In this document: one piece after another, positions 1 to 15,805 of the stretch
How positions within the stretch are numbered: the stretch's first letter is position 1
Layout: each line of letters starts with the position of its first letter
NCBI GenBank assembly: GCA_000708835.1
Contig: DF237234.1
Span: 48,224-112,223 of the forward strand
Direction of reading: 5' to 3'
Source: Klebsormidium nitens
Taxonomy: Eukaryota; Plantae; Klebsormidiophyceae
Length of the DNA: 64,000 bases
Program-made: the position numbers and the translations under genes
The notes under the pieces: model-generated
Told to the model about the DNA's origin: nothing
Seen by the model: the letters and a program-made list of their open reading frames with translations, nothing else
Databases searched by the model: none

Positions 1-1181
1 TCTTCAAGGCAAGCCATGGCTAAGCTAGCCTGAAGATCGTACGGCCTGATTGGAGGTTTGAAAAACGGGCCGCAGGTGCATACGCGTATACTCAGATCAT
101 GCTCTTTGGATATGGCGAATGAGTGTTCATGATCGACATTATCATGATTATGTTGGCTGAGGCCAAAAGATTGCATGAGTCCATGCGCCGTCGATTATTT
201 TATGCTAGTCGATATCGGTAAGCTGGAAGTTTATACCGGCGCGCATGCCACATCGATTATATAGCCACGCAGGCCCGCGCGGCTGCAGCAAGCTGAAGTA
301 TACGGCCCTACCTGTCACTGTGGACTGCGGTGGCTTGCACTTAACTAGCCCGATCTTAGTAAACAACAGCTGCTGCTTTTCTGTACGTCATATGTTGCCT
401 CCGTGGAGGCGCGGCCGGCGCCGCGGCATGATACGATCCGCTGATTGCCATGCTCACCACTGCATGTGTACGTCGGTCCACCATGTTCCGACCCTGACAT
501 GTGCTTCAATTTGGCCGCTTTGCACTCACTTGGCAGTGACTCAAATACATATGCATAATACTGCAAACATGGCGCGCAGCGTCTAGCCTAGCGCACATGC
601 CATGTACATGACACCATATCGCAGTTCGCGCACTAGGAAGTATTGTACTAACTCTATAACACAGAACTTGATCGTTATCAACAAATTCTACATTCCATAT
701 TGCATGCTGATATGTGATCGCTACATGGAACCACGTTACAGTGACCTGCACTCTAGCTAGGTTTCCCACACTATCCAATTGTCTCCTGACTTCGGCGGAA
801 AGTTCAAGGTTGGTATACTCTGAACCCATTGAAGGGACTCGACAAAAATGCACGAACTGAGTTGGACTATTGTTGCGTACAGCAGCCTGTTGCATGTCGC
901 TTTTCCAACATGCAAAACATTGCAATCAAGCAAGTTCCTCGACCATCGAAGATCAGTGCCAAACTGGGCATTCAAGGGTCAGCATCATTTGAGATGCCCA
1001 TTGGATGAAACATCGAAGCATTATGCTTGTGGTTCTTGCAGATTTACCCGACCCGCTGTAGCCTTGTCTCAGAGCGTCCTCGTGTCAAGTCTTCTTTGCC
1101 ACATGAAGGAGCGCAGAGGAGCTTGTTGCATCCGGGCCTAGCTACACCAAAGTTTGATAAGCGGCAACAGCCCATATTCCT

Positions 1182-4100
1182 TCACCTTCGCGGCCGTTTG
1201 TCCCGGTGCTCCCGATATGTTTCTCGCCTTGGCTCGGCGGCTGGAGGTCTCGCCCCCGCCGGACCCCTATCTCTAACGTAGTTAGCCCCCGGCGGGAGAT
1301 TTAGTCTCTTCCGGACGTCCTCTGTGTACTGCCGGTAGAGCGGCTCCCTCTCTACTTTCGGCAGCCGTTTGAGGCGGGCGTCTTCCCGCATAAGCCCCTT
1401 GGCCGCCGTCCACGAGTCAAGAGGAATTCGCCCGTCGGGGTCCTCTTTTTGGATCGTCTCCTCGGGGAGAGCCTCCGCCAGCAGGCGCTTGTAGTCGCGG
1501 ACGCACGCCTGAGGAAGGGGAAAAAGAGAGCCTCTGGAACTGTTGGCCAGATATTGAAGAGACGTTGGAGCGCAAGGAGAACGCAGGGCTGCAGCGCATA
1601 CGATGTACCTCAGAACGGCATATGAGTAGACTCAGAAAGCTTACGCAATGGAGCCAGTGAGCGCAGGCATGCGAGCGACCAGAATTGCAAAGTTAAGGTG
1701 CTTGAACCGTTAAGGAGCGGAGGAACGGAAAGGGCATCGTTGCGACTGCTTCCTGGCATTCTGCTCTTTAACCCCTTCATCGGCTCATTCGAGCGGGCCC
1801 GTACGTCGTGACGTGGAGGTGTGCAAAAGATAATCAAATGATTCGCCATTCTTTGAAGCAGCGTTTGGGGATAACTCACGTCCATGATGCCCCGCACGTG
1901 CTCCTTGAACAGGTGCTCCAACTCCTTCGCTTCTAGGTGCGGGGTCACCTGCTTCTCCTCGGCTTCTTTTTCGATGCGCCGGCGCCAGTCAGCCCACGTG
2001 GCCTGCAGAGAGCCGTTACAACCCGGTAATCAATCGTGGAAACATTTTTGGTAAGAGAGCCACTTCCTCTGACTGTCTCTTCCTTTTGCGCGTCCTGCTT
2101 GGCACCAGATATGGAGGACCAAGATTTGTGAGCAGGCCTATATATCAGGTGCTGAGCCCCTTTCAGCAAGCGCAAAAGTACATCTGTTGACGCATAACCA
2201 GAATGCAAAACCCCAAGACCTCTTCTTTGCACAGTTTTCAGAAGCTGAGAACGCAGCTGACGATAGCGCCGCCGCCGCCAGCTCGGCAAACATGGTTTGT
2301 CTTGAAAGGTCTCCCCATTGCAGAGCAGGACATCAGATGTCAGGTCAAAGTCGTACGAGGCGAGTCAGACGGGAGGGGTCAGCGCTCACGTCAGCTTCCT
2401 TGACTTTCTGGGCCAGGATGGCCTTGTACGAGTCCAGCGCGTCCTTTTGCCGCGCCTTGGTCCGGATCCGCTCTAGTTCTTCTTCCTCGCGCTCCTTCCG
2501 CTTGCGCGCCTCCCGTTCGTGAGCCTTCAGCTTCTCCTGAGCAATCAAAAGACCAGTCGTGACGAGTTGATCGCAAGGGTGGGCAAATTCCTGCTTGCTA
2601 CCTTCCCTTAAGTGGCAGCGTACGTAAAAGGTTAGCGTTCACTTTCTGTCGCGCGGATAACCTTTTGGTCTCTGTTGCGATACATTTGGGTCTCCTTGAG
2701 TTCAAGCTTTGTATCTTGTAGATACTGAGTTTCAAATTTCCGGCATACTGCAACCTCGGAGGTCTTTAACAAAAACTGGAGAACTGTCTGAAAACGTACT
2801 GGATGAGAACGAGCTGTCCGCCTGTTTTCGTCAACAAACAAAATACGGCTGGTACATCTGGAATCCCCTTTACAAAAGGTTCTTAGTCCAGATTATTTGC
2901 TCAAATCCAGTCAAGGAATCTGCTTGCGTCCAGCCCTCACCTCGACTTCCGACTCTTTGCCGCCCTTCCACTTGGCCAGGAAGTCATTGAACACCTGCTC
3001 GCGCTCGTTCCGCGCCACGGCCTTGTAGCGCGGGTCCTCTCGGACCTCCTCCTTCAACTGCGCCACCAAATCAAATTCCTTCACCGGAAGCGACAGCGGG
3101 AAAGACAAGCACGAGCAATCATGCAATTCGTCCGCGCTTAGGAGTGTAGGTTCTGGGCCTGTTGAACCGTTAAACCGTGAACAAGGTCGACGCTCGAGGG
3201 AAGGGTTGCAGATCCAAGCAGAATCAACTAGCGGTTTTGACCCAAGTTTTGACGGTCCGCACCGTAGCCCACTTGGTGGTTTCGTTGGCCCCCTTTTCAG
3301 CGAGCAGCTCGTGGAAGGCGGTGACCGCCGCCTCGCGCTCCTTCCGCAGCCGCTCCTCTTCCGCCTTCCGCAGGGGGGCAATCCTGCCAACGGAACGGGC
3401 TTCTCATCAGTCGTTCGGGAGCAGAGAGAGGACACGAGAGCTTAACTTGGCCCAGAAGGATGCGGACCGGTGCTTTGTCACTTGTTGCAAGTTCTCTGTT
3501 GGGTCGAAAGTCGAGGCGTGTTTTGATCGATTCTCCCAACTATACTTCGGGGGCAATATGATGCTGACGTGTCCCGTGACATCAGACCTAGCGTATGATT
3601 CGGGAAGATGCTCCCGGTATGTCAAGAGGGGGTTATCAAACGTGTAAACAACAGCCCATCTCGGCATACCTCTCGTTGAGGAGGGTCTCCCGCTCCTTCT
3701 TCTCCAGTGCTTTGAAGCGCGGGTCGTCCCCCTTCATAGTCTCGAAGTCCGCATAAGTCACGGTATGGTCGAGCTCCTGGGGAAGACAGCAAACTTTTGA
3801 AACGCAGCTCTCAAGGAAAAACCAAGATACATCGCCAAAGGTGCCGCAAATCTGTCGAATCGCATTACAGGTCGTGTGCTTGTGGACACAGCTATTGACG
3901 AGATCGATTCAAAATCTGTCCGCAACCAGAAGCGTGATCATTACTATGTTTTACCCAGGCAACTTCATATCCCAATCGAGCAGTTCCTTGCCAATGCAAA
4001 ATGCTTCATTTCTTTTGAAAACCAATTTCTCAAACAATATCGGTGCCGCAGAACTTGGATCCACAACAAATACTAAAGACTTCCGGTATGGGACCTTGAC

Positions 4101-7100
4101 TGACCCTTCAAGCAGAGCCGTTCGACCCACAATCAACCGCTTTAAAGCGCAATGCTTGTGGGTCCAGCTTTTCGCATCCCCGTGTGCATCCCCGCCTCAC
4201 CTCCGCCACCTCATCCAGCAGTTCCCGGAATCCGTTCATGGCCGCCCGCAGCGCCTCCCGCTTCTCAAGCCGCTCCTCCTCCGCACGCGTCTTCACGTAA
4301 CGGTCGAACAAGGCCCGGCGCTCCGCGGTCGTCGCAATTGCCTGCGAAAGAGGAGACCCGGAGCTCTTTTCTGTGGGTGTGGAGCTCAACGTGAAGAATT
4401 TATCCTGTATAGCAGTCAGCACAAACATACGCACCTTTTTCGCAGCTTTTCCACTTATGCAGACGTCTCAGACCGGGCGCAACGGACACCAAAATCTTGT
4501 AGAGAGCAAAACAGAATCCTACATCTCAATTTGGATGGAGAGGTAATGCGACAACTCCACGAACGGGAAACTTCTTCACAATAGGCCTGGAATGCGCACA
4601 AGAATCAGCACAACCAAATTGCAGAAGCGCACAGCATGTCAAGCGCCGCTCAGCACATTGCTCGTAAACTGTCCATCTCGCATTGCTTCTATTGCGAGTA
4701 CAACATGGAGTAATTCTTTCTCGTCCTGTTGATTGCAAATAAGTACAATGTCCGCACCAGCTCACCTTAAATCGTGGGTCTGCGAAGATCTTTGGTAGCT
4801 CCTTGTCCCACTTGGCGAAAGGAGGAACCTTTTTCTCCTTGAGCATCTCCTGATATTACAGAGAAAACGAAGTTTCTCAATGATAATGCATGTCGAGACA
4901 CTCAATCCATGCTTTGCTCGTGTGCATGCTCTCATTTTCTGCCTGTTCAGATACGTTTGTTGGCGCAATGCAGTATCGCCGTTTGCGACGGCTCGCGGAT
5001 GATCCAAGCATCGATATCCATTGGGCCGATCGTTCCAAAGAGTCAAGAACGGCTTGCGGAGGAAAGTGGCCCCGAACGGCTTTGCTACGTTTGAGAACCT
5101 GAACGACGTCAATCTTGACATCGAGTGCAAATCAACTTGACAAATACTTTAAAGCCCATGGTAAGCTGCACCTCGGGAGGGGATGACCTTACCTTGAAGT
5201 CCGCAGCCAGTTTCTCTTTCTCGCTCTGTTTCTGCTCGGCGCCGTTCCCCTCCTCGTCCTTCCCATCCTTTTCAGGGGGTGTCTCCTTGCCTGGAAGATA
5301 GACCAGCGGTCAGCTGAGCAATCACCGACGTTCGACCACCAGCACCTGTCCTCATCACGTTGCTGCGTCGAACCCTTCTGCCACTGAGTGACCAGCATCT
5401 CCTGTTCCAAGCTGGCCTATCAAGAATTGTTGTCCATAGAAGAGCGCATTCACTTACAGGGGCTTCGTCTCTTCACGGTGAGGCTATCATTCACATCGAC
5501 ACGTTCTAGTGGGGACCACTGAACCTGCTCATCCTATTTTTGGAGCTCTCTAGAACGGTAAGAAGAAGAAGGGGACACGCATGAAGGGCTTCGAAGGAAC
5601 TCCAAGCCGGGGCTTTTGCTATTCCCGGTCGCTCAAAGGTATACCTGCTGTGCCGACATGGACTCGAAACTGGTTGTTGGAAAACTCCAAGAATGAGAAA
5701 CCTTAAAGCTCCAAATCCACCGTAAAGTCACAAATGAGCAGGAACCACGAGGTTTGCAACACTTATCCACCATCTAAACTTGATTCTGGAGCCCTTCGAC
5801 TACAAAGTACGTCCAGCTCCCACAGCGGCCACTCTGAAGTCTCGCACATCTGCTTCACGGGCTGTCTCCTGCTTTTCCGCTTACCCTCGCACAGTCTCAA
5901 GCTTACCCACTTCAGCAATCGCGTCCTCTTCGTGCAACTTCTTCTTGATGGTGCCCACCGCCGACTCCCCGTTTGCTCTGTCTGGCACGGACGCCTCTTC
6001 CGCTTTCTTTTGCCGTTGCTCCGCCACGGCCGCCGGGACTTGCCAGCTGGTCTCCTGCAATGCCAAATTCGGGTCTCAAAGGGCAGGCAGGAACAGCTTG
6101 AAAAAGTCGCTCCAAGAAGCAGGAGACAGAAGTTCGTGCAGAAGCGATGGAAGTAACCGATATTGTGCAGAATGCGAACCAGTGCCCTCAGCTGCTGCGA
6201 TCAGAAGCTGCTTTCTGAAGCTTAGAATTGGCGACATGGCCTTCGCCACCAGCCTATGCCGCCATTCGTCAAGAAGGAATAGTGGATAGGGGGCGCATTT
6301 TGCAAGAGCTTGACAACTGCACGTGAAGTACCAATTCCGATGATGCAAAATCTCCACCTCTGTTTCATGCGCTTGAGCATGTCGGAGACCACCTCTGTAG
6401 GAGCGCTCTGCTTCCTAGATCTTTTATTGGCACCTTACCTGCGTTGTGGTATTGTAGTAATACTTGGAGTCCAGATTGGTGGTCACCAGATGCCAATCGG
6501 TGCCGTCGATACGCTCCCTGCAATCAAGGAAGATCCGTTCTCAGCAAACTCTTACACTGCAACGCTGATTCTCTTCCAGGCGGTATGCCTCAGTCAGTTG
6601 TTGCAGTGCAATCATACGACCAGCCAGCGTCCCTTTTGGTGGCAGGACTCAGAAGGCAGTAAGCAGGACAATGGAGCGCTGTCAGGTGTGATGTAAGCAC
6701 CGACTTACCAGGCGACCGGTATGATATCGACCTCCTGCAAAGAAAGCAAGCGCCCAGAATTCATGACAAAGTTGAATGTTCAAGGACTTAAAATCGAATA
6801 TGCATCTACAGCTTCAAAGGTTCATCTGATATTCAGCGAAAGCAGAGGTGGATAGGGAAAACGTATGCACAGGCTTTCGGCCGCTTTTCCAGGCACCGGC
6901 ATGTAAACAACGCCTCTTATTTTCCCCTGACCTGCCTATTCCCCCTTTCTCGCCTCTCCGTTCTCTGCCCTTTGTAGGGTCACTTCGATCACCGAGGTAG
7001 AAACATATACCGTACAGAGTCGGGTCACTCTCTCTCCTTTCAAGGTTCTGACCTTTGGTTCGACACAGAAAGGACTGTTGCCCTGCCTGATCCAGTTGGG

Positions 7101-8484
7101 GATAATCAACATGCAAGGCCACCATCTGTTGTGTCCACACAAGTCCAGACCCAAAAGTCCGCTCTGCCCTTAATCTGCGTCCGTGGTTCTTGACGGCTCA
7201 CCTCCCCAACGAAGCCCTTCGGTTTCTCGTAAGTCGACTCCCCCGTCACACTGTTGTAGTAGTACGCCACCCCCTCGTCGTTCTTATGCGCACTCCACGC
7301 TTTGCGCACCTCCTCCGACTCTGTCCCCATTTCCTTCTTGCCCTCATCCTTACCCGCTTCCGCCTTCTGCCCCGCGGGGCTTCCGGCACCCCCCTGAGTC
7401 GAATTCAGCTCCCCCGGACCCCCCTGGACTGAGTTTACCCCCGTCGAAGCCCCCTGCAACCGCGGGCCACTTGCAGGGAAACCACCAGGTCTTACCATTC
7501 CAGGATGCCCCGGCGGCCACTGCATCGGCGGCCTCCCCCCTGGAGCAAATGCGGGGGGTGGCCCTTGCTGCAACGGGGGGCCTCCTCGAGGGGGCAGACC
7601 CCAGACTGGGGGTCTGAAGTTCGAAGGGGGCCCTGGTGAAAATGGCCTTGGAGGAAGAGAGAACTGTTGTGGGGGTCTCTGAGGAGCTGGCCCGGCAGTA
7701 GAGCTTGACGGGGGGCCAGGACGGACCTGGCTCGAAGGCGGTGCCAGGCCCTGCGGTTGTTGCATTGGCAGGTGCTGCGGAGGGGGGCGAAGGAACGGAG
7801 CGGAAGGATTGCCTGCCAACACAGGAAAGAGAGTGTCCTGGTTCTGATGAGTGGACTGAACAAAACAGCAAGAGATTCACTTGTGGTTCGCTTGTTTCCC
7901 TCAATGTTTCCCTCGATGCAAACTGTCTTCTCTGAGCATTATATGCATCTTCGCTTGTCCTTTTTGTCTTCCCAAAACTTACCTGGAGGTGCCTGCCGCG
8001 CCGGTTGCCCAAATGGCGCGCCTGGCTGGCCCGTCGGAGGTGGACCCGAACTGCCCCCGAGCGGCCGCTGCATTGGCGGTCCATTCGATGGCGTTGGCCG
8101 TTGAAAGTGATTCTGCCCCATCGCTGAGGGATGCGGCTGACCAGGACCCCCCTGGAACAGTGGCGGCTGTGCCCCATTAGGGGCCCCCTGTAGAGGACGA
8201 GGTGGGCCCAGGAAGGAGGGAGGGGGGGGGCCTCGCTGAGCAGGGGGGGCACCCATTGGATGAAAGGGCCCTGTTGTGGGGGCACCAGGAGGGCCTGGAG
8301 GCCCCCGGTAGCCTAGTGGGGGGCCAAAGTTGGGGAACGGAGGGCCTGGTCGGGGGGGAGGGTTGCCTGAGAAGGCGCCACCATTTGAGGGTGGCCTTTG
8401 AAATTGCTGCGGAGGTCTGGGACCGGCTGGGTCTGAGATAGGAGGAAAGGGGGGCCTGCCCGGGGGCCCTGTCGGTGCACTCAT
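1182..8484 (-). CDS. PRP40C: Pre-mRNA-processing protein 40C-like (TCERG1/CA150 family): Pro/Gly-rich N-terminus, two WW domains, FF repeats
   Basis: GT-AG exons traced by hand: 8484-7983, 7812-7202, ~6735-6710, ~6517-6440, 6054-5885, ~5291-5193, 4849-4766, 4341-4201, 3776-3670, 3383-3263, 3057-2941, 2536-2390, 2002-1880, 1508-1182. WW1 is WSAHKNDEGVAYYYNSVTGESTYEKP; WW2 is DWHLVTTNLDSKYYYNTTTQETSWQVP. FF motifs include FKEMLKEKKVPPFAKWDKELPKIFADPRFK and EDPRYKAVARNEREQVFNDF. Extra 5' UTR exons are likely (donor-like sites near 8587 and 8880). Confidence 0.9.
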
Positions 8485-8880
8485 CGTTCAAATTAGTGCT
8501 GCAAAATTGGGCAGGAAAAGGAGAGGTCAGGCGTGCATGGCACCATCTATAGCTGTCTTGTTTTCTCTTTGGATACAAGGTAAATACCTGGTTAGTGCCA
8601 CCAGCTAGAAAATATAAGCAGTTGGGCCCATGCCTTCAAGAAATGTACTGCTTTAACACTTGACAAAACTCACAATTAACTCTTCTTTGCCACCAAAGAC
8701 ATGCAGAAGTGCACATTGATTGCAAAATGATACTACAATCCTTCATTGTTGCTGTTTGATGATCCGGTGCTGATCTTGATGAGATTGTTCTGAATGTCTA
8801 CAATGTTATTTGGACCAGCGATGAAGCTCGCCGTTCTGTATTTTTAGTTAGCGGATCACAGAGTTGAAACAAAGCTTACC

Positions 8881-9438
8881 TGCGTCAGAACCAAACAACT
8901 TTATACCTCCTTTTTGACAGCCTACAAGAAAGCGGAGGCAGAGCAGCCCAGCGGGCTAGTACTGTTCATCTACTTACACGTTTATGACTAGGTTCTGTAA
9001 GCACCCAACAAGTGAGAGATCAGAGCAGTCTTCCCATTGAGCTCCATTGCACCCAGCATTGCTCCCCCATTGCTCCTTTCGCACCTCCCTCCTCTTGAAG
9101 TTGGGACTTAACTTGAAGTTGGGAGAGTCAGCAACCTGAGCAGCTCAAGAGCAGATGCTGGGTTAAGTTGTGCGAACCTAACCCAGTATTTTTAACTGAT
9201 GGCAAGCGTTTCACAAGGTTTTTGCATTAGGTAATACCTATGCTCAAATCTTGACTAGTTTCAATGCTCGAAAATTCCTGCAAAATGTAACGCACTTCAC
9301 ATGATCATCGTTTAGCAAGACAGGGTTTCGACCTCAGTCTGATAACACGCAGTCCTGATCGACGCCTCGCAAAGGAAGTGCCAGGAAGGAACGTTTTGGC
9401 GGCGCTGTAAACAGCGAACCTATCGCTTGTTGGGCCAG
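8881..9438. promoter_or_regulatory. Probable divergent promoter / 5' UTR region shared by PRP40C and NACA
   Basis: The two start codons point away from each other, 977 bp apart (8484 and 9461). There is a minus-strand donor near 8880 and a plus-strand acceptor at 9438 (ttgggccag|gtgtg). A 13-bp direct repeat cttgaagttggga lies at 9094-9106 and 9112-9124. Transcription starts cannot be seen in the sequence. Confidence 0.45.
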
Positions 9439-9460
9439 GTGTGCTCAAAAGAGAGTCATC

Positions 9461-11776
<2,316 letters not shown>

Positions 11777-12944
11777 GGGTCAACAGCTACGCGGAAACTG
11801 GGGATGGGACAATCTTAAGACGCGAGGGTCGAGTCAGGTGGCTTAGTGGGTCACGAAGACCTTCACTGAGGTCATGCATGGGCCAGTCATAGCCATGGTT
11901 CGCTTTGTTTTTGGCTCTGTGTAATCGGTGCATGTTGCAGAAGCTCTGCGCTCAGTGAATCACTGTGTCGAGATTTTTCATTGCTTCCATGCTAGAGCTT
12001 GGTGCATGCTTGCAATCATAGGCATACTAAAGCGGCGCAAGGTTTTCTTCAAATGTTTACCCATCCATGCCAATACCAGAGTTATGCAACCTGGCATGCA
12101 CTGAGCTGTAAGCTTGTACCCGAATCGAGCCTGCATTCAGCTTGTCTGTGAGGTCTCTCTTGGTGACAATTATGCGCTTGATCTTTGTCGGTGTCACTGA
12201 GCTGCAGTTGAGCGGCGCCAGTATACACATGATTGCCGTTAATTGACTTTGAAATTGGGATCGAGCATGCAGCCCGCTTGCAGCTATGGAAAATATGCTC
12301 ATGCACGACATATGGGCTTACTACAGTATAATAAAACATGGCGGCTGTGAGCGATGAATTGGTTGCAATGATGCTAGCTAGAGCATGATGAACGTTTGCT
12401 CATCTTAACTAATAGTTGTCCGACAATGAGTGGTGCGAAGCATGGGCCATGTCAGCATATGCGTCTCTAGGAACTTCAACGATCTAAGCCCACTTGTCTG
12501 TGTGGCGGACACAAAAGTTTACCCATATGGTGTTCAAGAAGAAGCATGCTACTTTTGATACGTACCTTCATTTCAATACACATGAGGCAACGAATCAGCT
12601 AAGACAAACCGACGAGCCATCAAAAGCAAAGGCTTCATACACCGAGACCGCATTATTTGCGATGACAAGACACACGAATCAAACTATGTGCCAATCGACT
12701 CTATCAACTAGTACAGGAAAAGCATGTTTCGACTGCCTGTGCATATGTGAGATTGATCAAGGTGTGCAACGACAAACGAATTCTTTCATGCTGGACGCTA
12801 ATTTTGACACAGGGCCTGCAGCCTAACAAACACAGTTGCTGGGGCAGTAACTAGCCAGAAAGTTCGTTTCAACAGCGTCAGCAGACCAACCCCTAGTGTG
12901 AACAGTGGCCAGCAACGGTCTTGATCTACAAGTATGCATCCGCA

Positions 12945-15091
12945 TCAATCCAAGTAGAGAAGAGTGACAATCTTCCGCATGTCTTTGGCTTCTTGACAAG
13001 TCTCCATAAGCAAGTGACTGTCGTGAAACGCAAAGCATATAATCTGCTGCACCTTGCTGATGATGTTCCGATTGCATAACCTGAAAACGGATCATAAAGC
13101 TATAAGGGAGACAGAAACGTCGGCTTTGTAAGGAGATAATTCAGGGGAAACCTCGTTTGGAAGCACCACGTCCGATTGAGCTAACGATGGTGGCTAAGTA
13201 GACGTCGCACATGGATGATGCAATTAGGAAACCAGTGGGGCCAGGAATGGATGACATGATTGACTCACCTACTGGCTTCTATCAACTGCAGATGATCGTT
13301 ATGAGGGGTTTCGATGAGGTTTTTGACCTGCGAGCATGGGAGAAACGTCAGGTCTTCATTGACATCAGGATACGGAGGGCATTTCACAACAAGCAGAAAG
13401 ACCTTTCTACACGACCAGAGGCTTGTTGAAGTCACCCTGTATTCGGTGTAGGTCAGCCAGCTTTGACCGGGGGACAAACAGGAGGACACGGATTTATGAC
13501 GGGGCTCAGAAGAGAATGGATGTTTCTGCTCAAAGGTATCACTCTGACTGGGGTACAGGCGAGAGCACTTCACCTGTTTCAGGAGTTCCTGGCTTTCTGG
13601 GGGCTGTTTGGAAAGACTTTGTGGTAGGACCACGGTCAGGAGATCCGGTTTTTCAGCCCGCAATGCACCCCTTATAACAGCCGCGTTTGTCCCCGTGGCT
13701 CCAGAGGTGAAAATGTGGTTCGACTGGACAAGGAGAAGCGGTCCTTTCTTTAATCCAATAGGTACAATCACTGAGCTGGTGACAAGCAGTTTACACAGAG
13801 TAAAGGCAGGAATTACAATCTGGTTGGTATGCTTAGAGTTCATCGATGCAACACAAGATGTACCTAGAAGTGCAGACAGCTTACCAACGAATCCGGGCTC
13901 GCTATTCATTCCACCTTGCTTATAGAAGCCATGCAGGTTAGCGTGTTACAAAGCCTTAGGGTCAGAGTCAAGGTTGGCACTCACTGTGAGAACCATGGCA
14001 TAGCTCAGGATCTCAATCAGCTGCTGATGCATGAAGCCCATGTTTCTTGTCCCAAAGAATCCAATAGCCTTCGGGCCTGATTGCTGGATGGCAAGAAGCT
14101 CCTGCGTGTCAAGCGAAAAATGTAAATGTGAAGTACTGCGGTAGCCTTTAAGGTCTCGATGACAGAGCGTGACTCATGCGAAGGGCCAGAAGGTGAGAGC
14201 ACAAGAGCACATAACTGAAAGAAAACGAGGAAGGATAGAAGCTACGAAAGCTGGTGACGTCAATGAATTCGACCATAATTACCTGGAGGTACTCAATGTC
14301 TGCCGGGCGCTTGAACTCTACTGGAGGTGGCCCGACCAGCACATTAGAGTCAGGGATTTCATCTCCCCGACTTTCAGTTCCCTGATAGTTGAAAGCTTCT
14401 GGAGCCTGACTTCCATCAAACTTTGACGGTATGGAGTGTAGTGGCAGCCCCTGTCGCTTAGCCTTCGCCTGGCCCCAAGCCTGCACAACCGATGATGCGC
14501 GCAATTCGAATCTGCTGTTTGTGGCAAGCTCCAAAATAGTGGTGACAAGTGACACTTACGCAAGATTTAGCACTGACATGCCACCATTTGTCTCTGAGAT
14601 CAACACGGAAGCTACTTTTTGGATGACGGAAGCAACGTAGTCTACGTTGTCATTGGAAGCGAGCTCTTCTTGAAATCTACAATCTATAAGTGTAGTACTT
14701 GGCCAAGTCTTCTGTACGTCCCCAGGCAGCTGGCCGGATGTATGGTAACATGCTTCAAAAGATATCTGGAGTCACAATTGCTGTCTAAAGGTGAATGAGG
14801 AAGGGATTCAAGCATTTAATTGTCAGAACACATACATATTTCTTGGCCAACCACTTCGGGGAGACTTACCAACGAATGCTGCGATTTCTGGTAAGCCGAC
14901 CGATGAGCCCGCCCTATAGAAGAGTGACAACCAGACAAAACCCTTCTGTGGTTCGTTGCAAGCAGAGGGTCCACATTGTTGGCATGCCATCTAGTTTCAT
15001 TGGTGTTTCTCAATGCGGAATCTCCATATATTGTCAGCCTTCCTGCTTGAGCACGGACAGTGCTGAAAGCAGGCATCTCCAATATGCCCAC
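12945..15091 (-). CDS. DprA/Smf-like (DNA recombination-mediator A family) Rossmann-fold protein of the plant/cyanobacterial type, probably plastid-targeted
   Basis: Exons 14480-14283, 14101-13985, 13723-13574, 13327-13269 and 13080-12945 give DIEYLQELLAIQQSGPKAIGFFGTRNMGFMHQQLIEILSYAMVLT-SNHIFTSGATGTNAAVIRGALRAEKPDLLTVVLPQSLSKQPPESQELLKQVKNLIETPHNDHLQLIEASRLCNRNIISKVQQIICFAFHDSHLLMETCQEAKDMRKIVTLLYLD*. The TSGAxGxxAA motif is typical of the family. The 5' exons and start codon are uncertain; 15091 is a best guess. Confidence 0.8.
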
Positions 15092-15805
15092 CAGCTGATT
15101 TGCTCAATGGACCTCCTTGCAGCGGGGCTTCAATCGTGCAATGCTTGCGGAGATCCTGAAAGCTTTCGCGTAGCTTAGGACATATCAATCATGGGCGGAA
15201 ACCACAGAAGCAACGAAATGGAACCCCTTCTAAATTTTAGAAGACCTCTGACCTGAGGCTGTTCTTACTCGCATTCGCAGCAGAGAGAAAGGCGCCCCTT
15301 CAGCCCCAGGATTTTGTTAAAATTGTAGAAGCTGAAAGACTACAGTCTACAGTAGGTATACCGACCAGCGCAGGGGCCAGGTGGGGCCAGGGCGAGAGCT
15401 ACGGTACTACCTAGTGCAGCCTGCATCGCCACACCATGCAAGTAGCAACGCAACGGGGATCGACGGAGCTGGAGGGTCGCGACCCAGTTTCGTTAACGAT
15501 GTCGGCTTTCCTTGTAATACTGTTAAGACTACAGTATGGATAAACGGGTTCGACAACGAAACCTTTCGATGACGAATCGAAAAGCAGCGTGTAAACTGCG
15601 TTGCCGTCTCAATTTGGTTTTGCCGCATTTTGCTTCAAAAACTTGTCCGGAGAAATCAAGCTTTGCATGTCCTGACACTGACAGTGATATCAACAAACTC
15701 CAGAGGCAGAGACGGCATTAGGTTTTGCTGCTGCTCCGAACCTATGTCGCTCCCAAGTTCGAAGCTCCAAAAGGCTGTTCAAAGAATGCTACCAGAGCAG
15801 CCAAA
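15092..15805. promoter_or_regulatory. Probable bidirectional promoter between the DprA-like gene and ATM
   Basis: About 700 bp between two divergent coding starts. GGGGCC/TGGGGCC site-II-like motifs at ~15372-15388. Function is inferred from geometry only. Confidence 0.4.

Noticed and set aside
1-1100. Short six-frame ORFs and many 6-bp palindromes (gctagc, gcatgc, catatg) at the window start
   Set aside because: No recognisable motif, consistent splice pattern, terminal inverted repeats or target-site duplication; treated as 3' UTR or intergenic DNA.
7180-8480. Very G-rich plus strand with G-quadruplex-like runs and long overlapping ORFs
   Set aside because: Explained by Pro/Gly codons of the PRP40C N-terminus on the minus strand.
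8758-8793. TGATGA-CTGA-TGATGA-CTGA, the order of box C, D', C', D of a C/D snoRNA
   Set aside because: Only 36 nt long with 6-7 nt spacers, too short for antisense guides, and no terminal stem.
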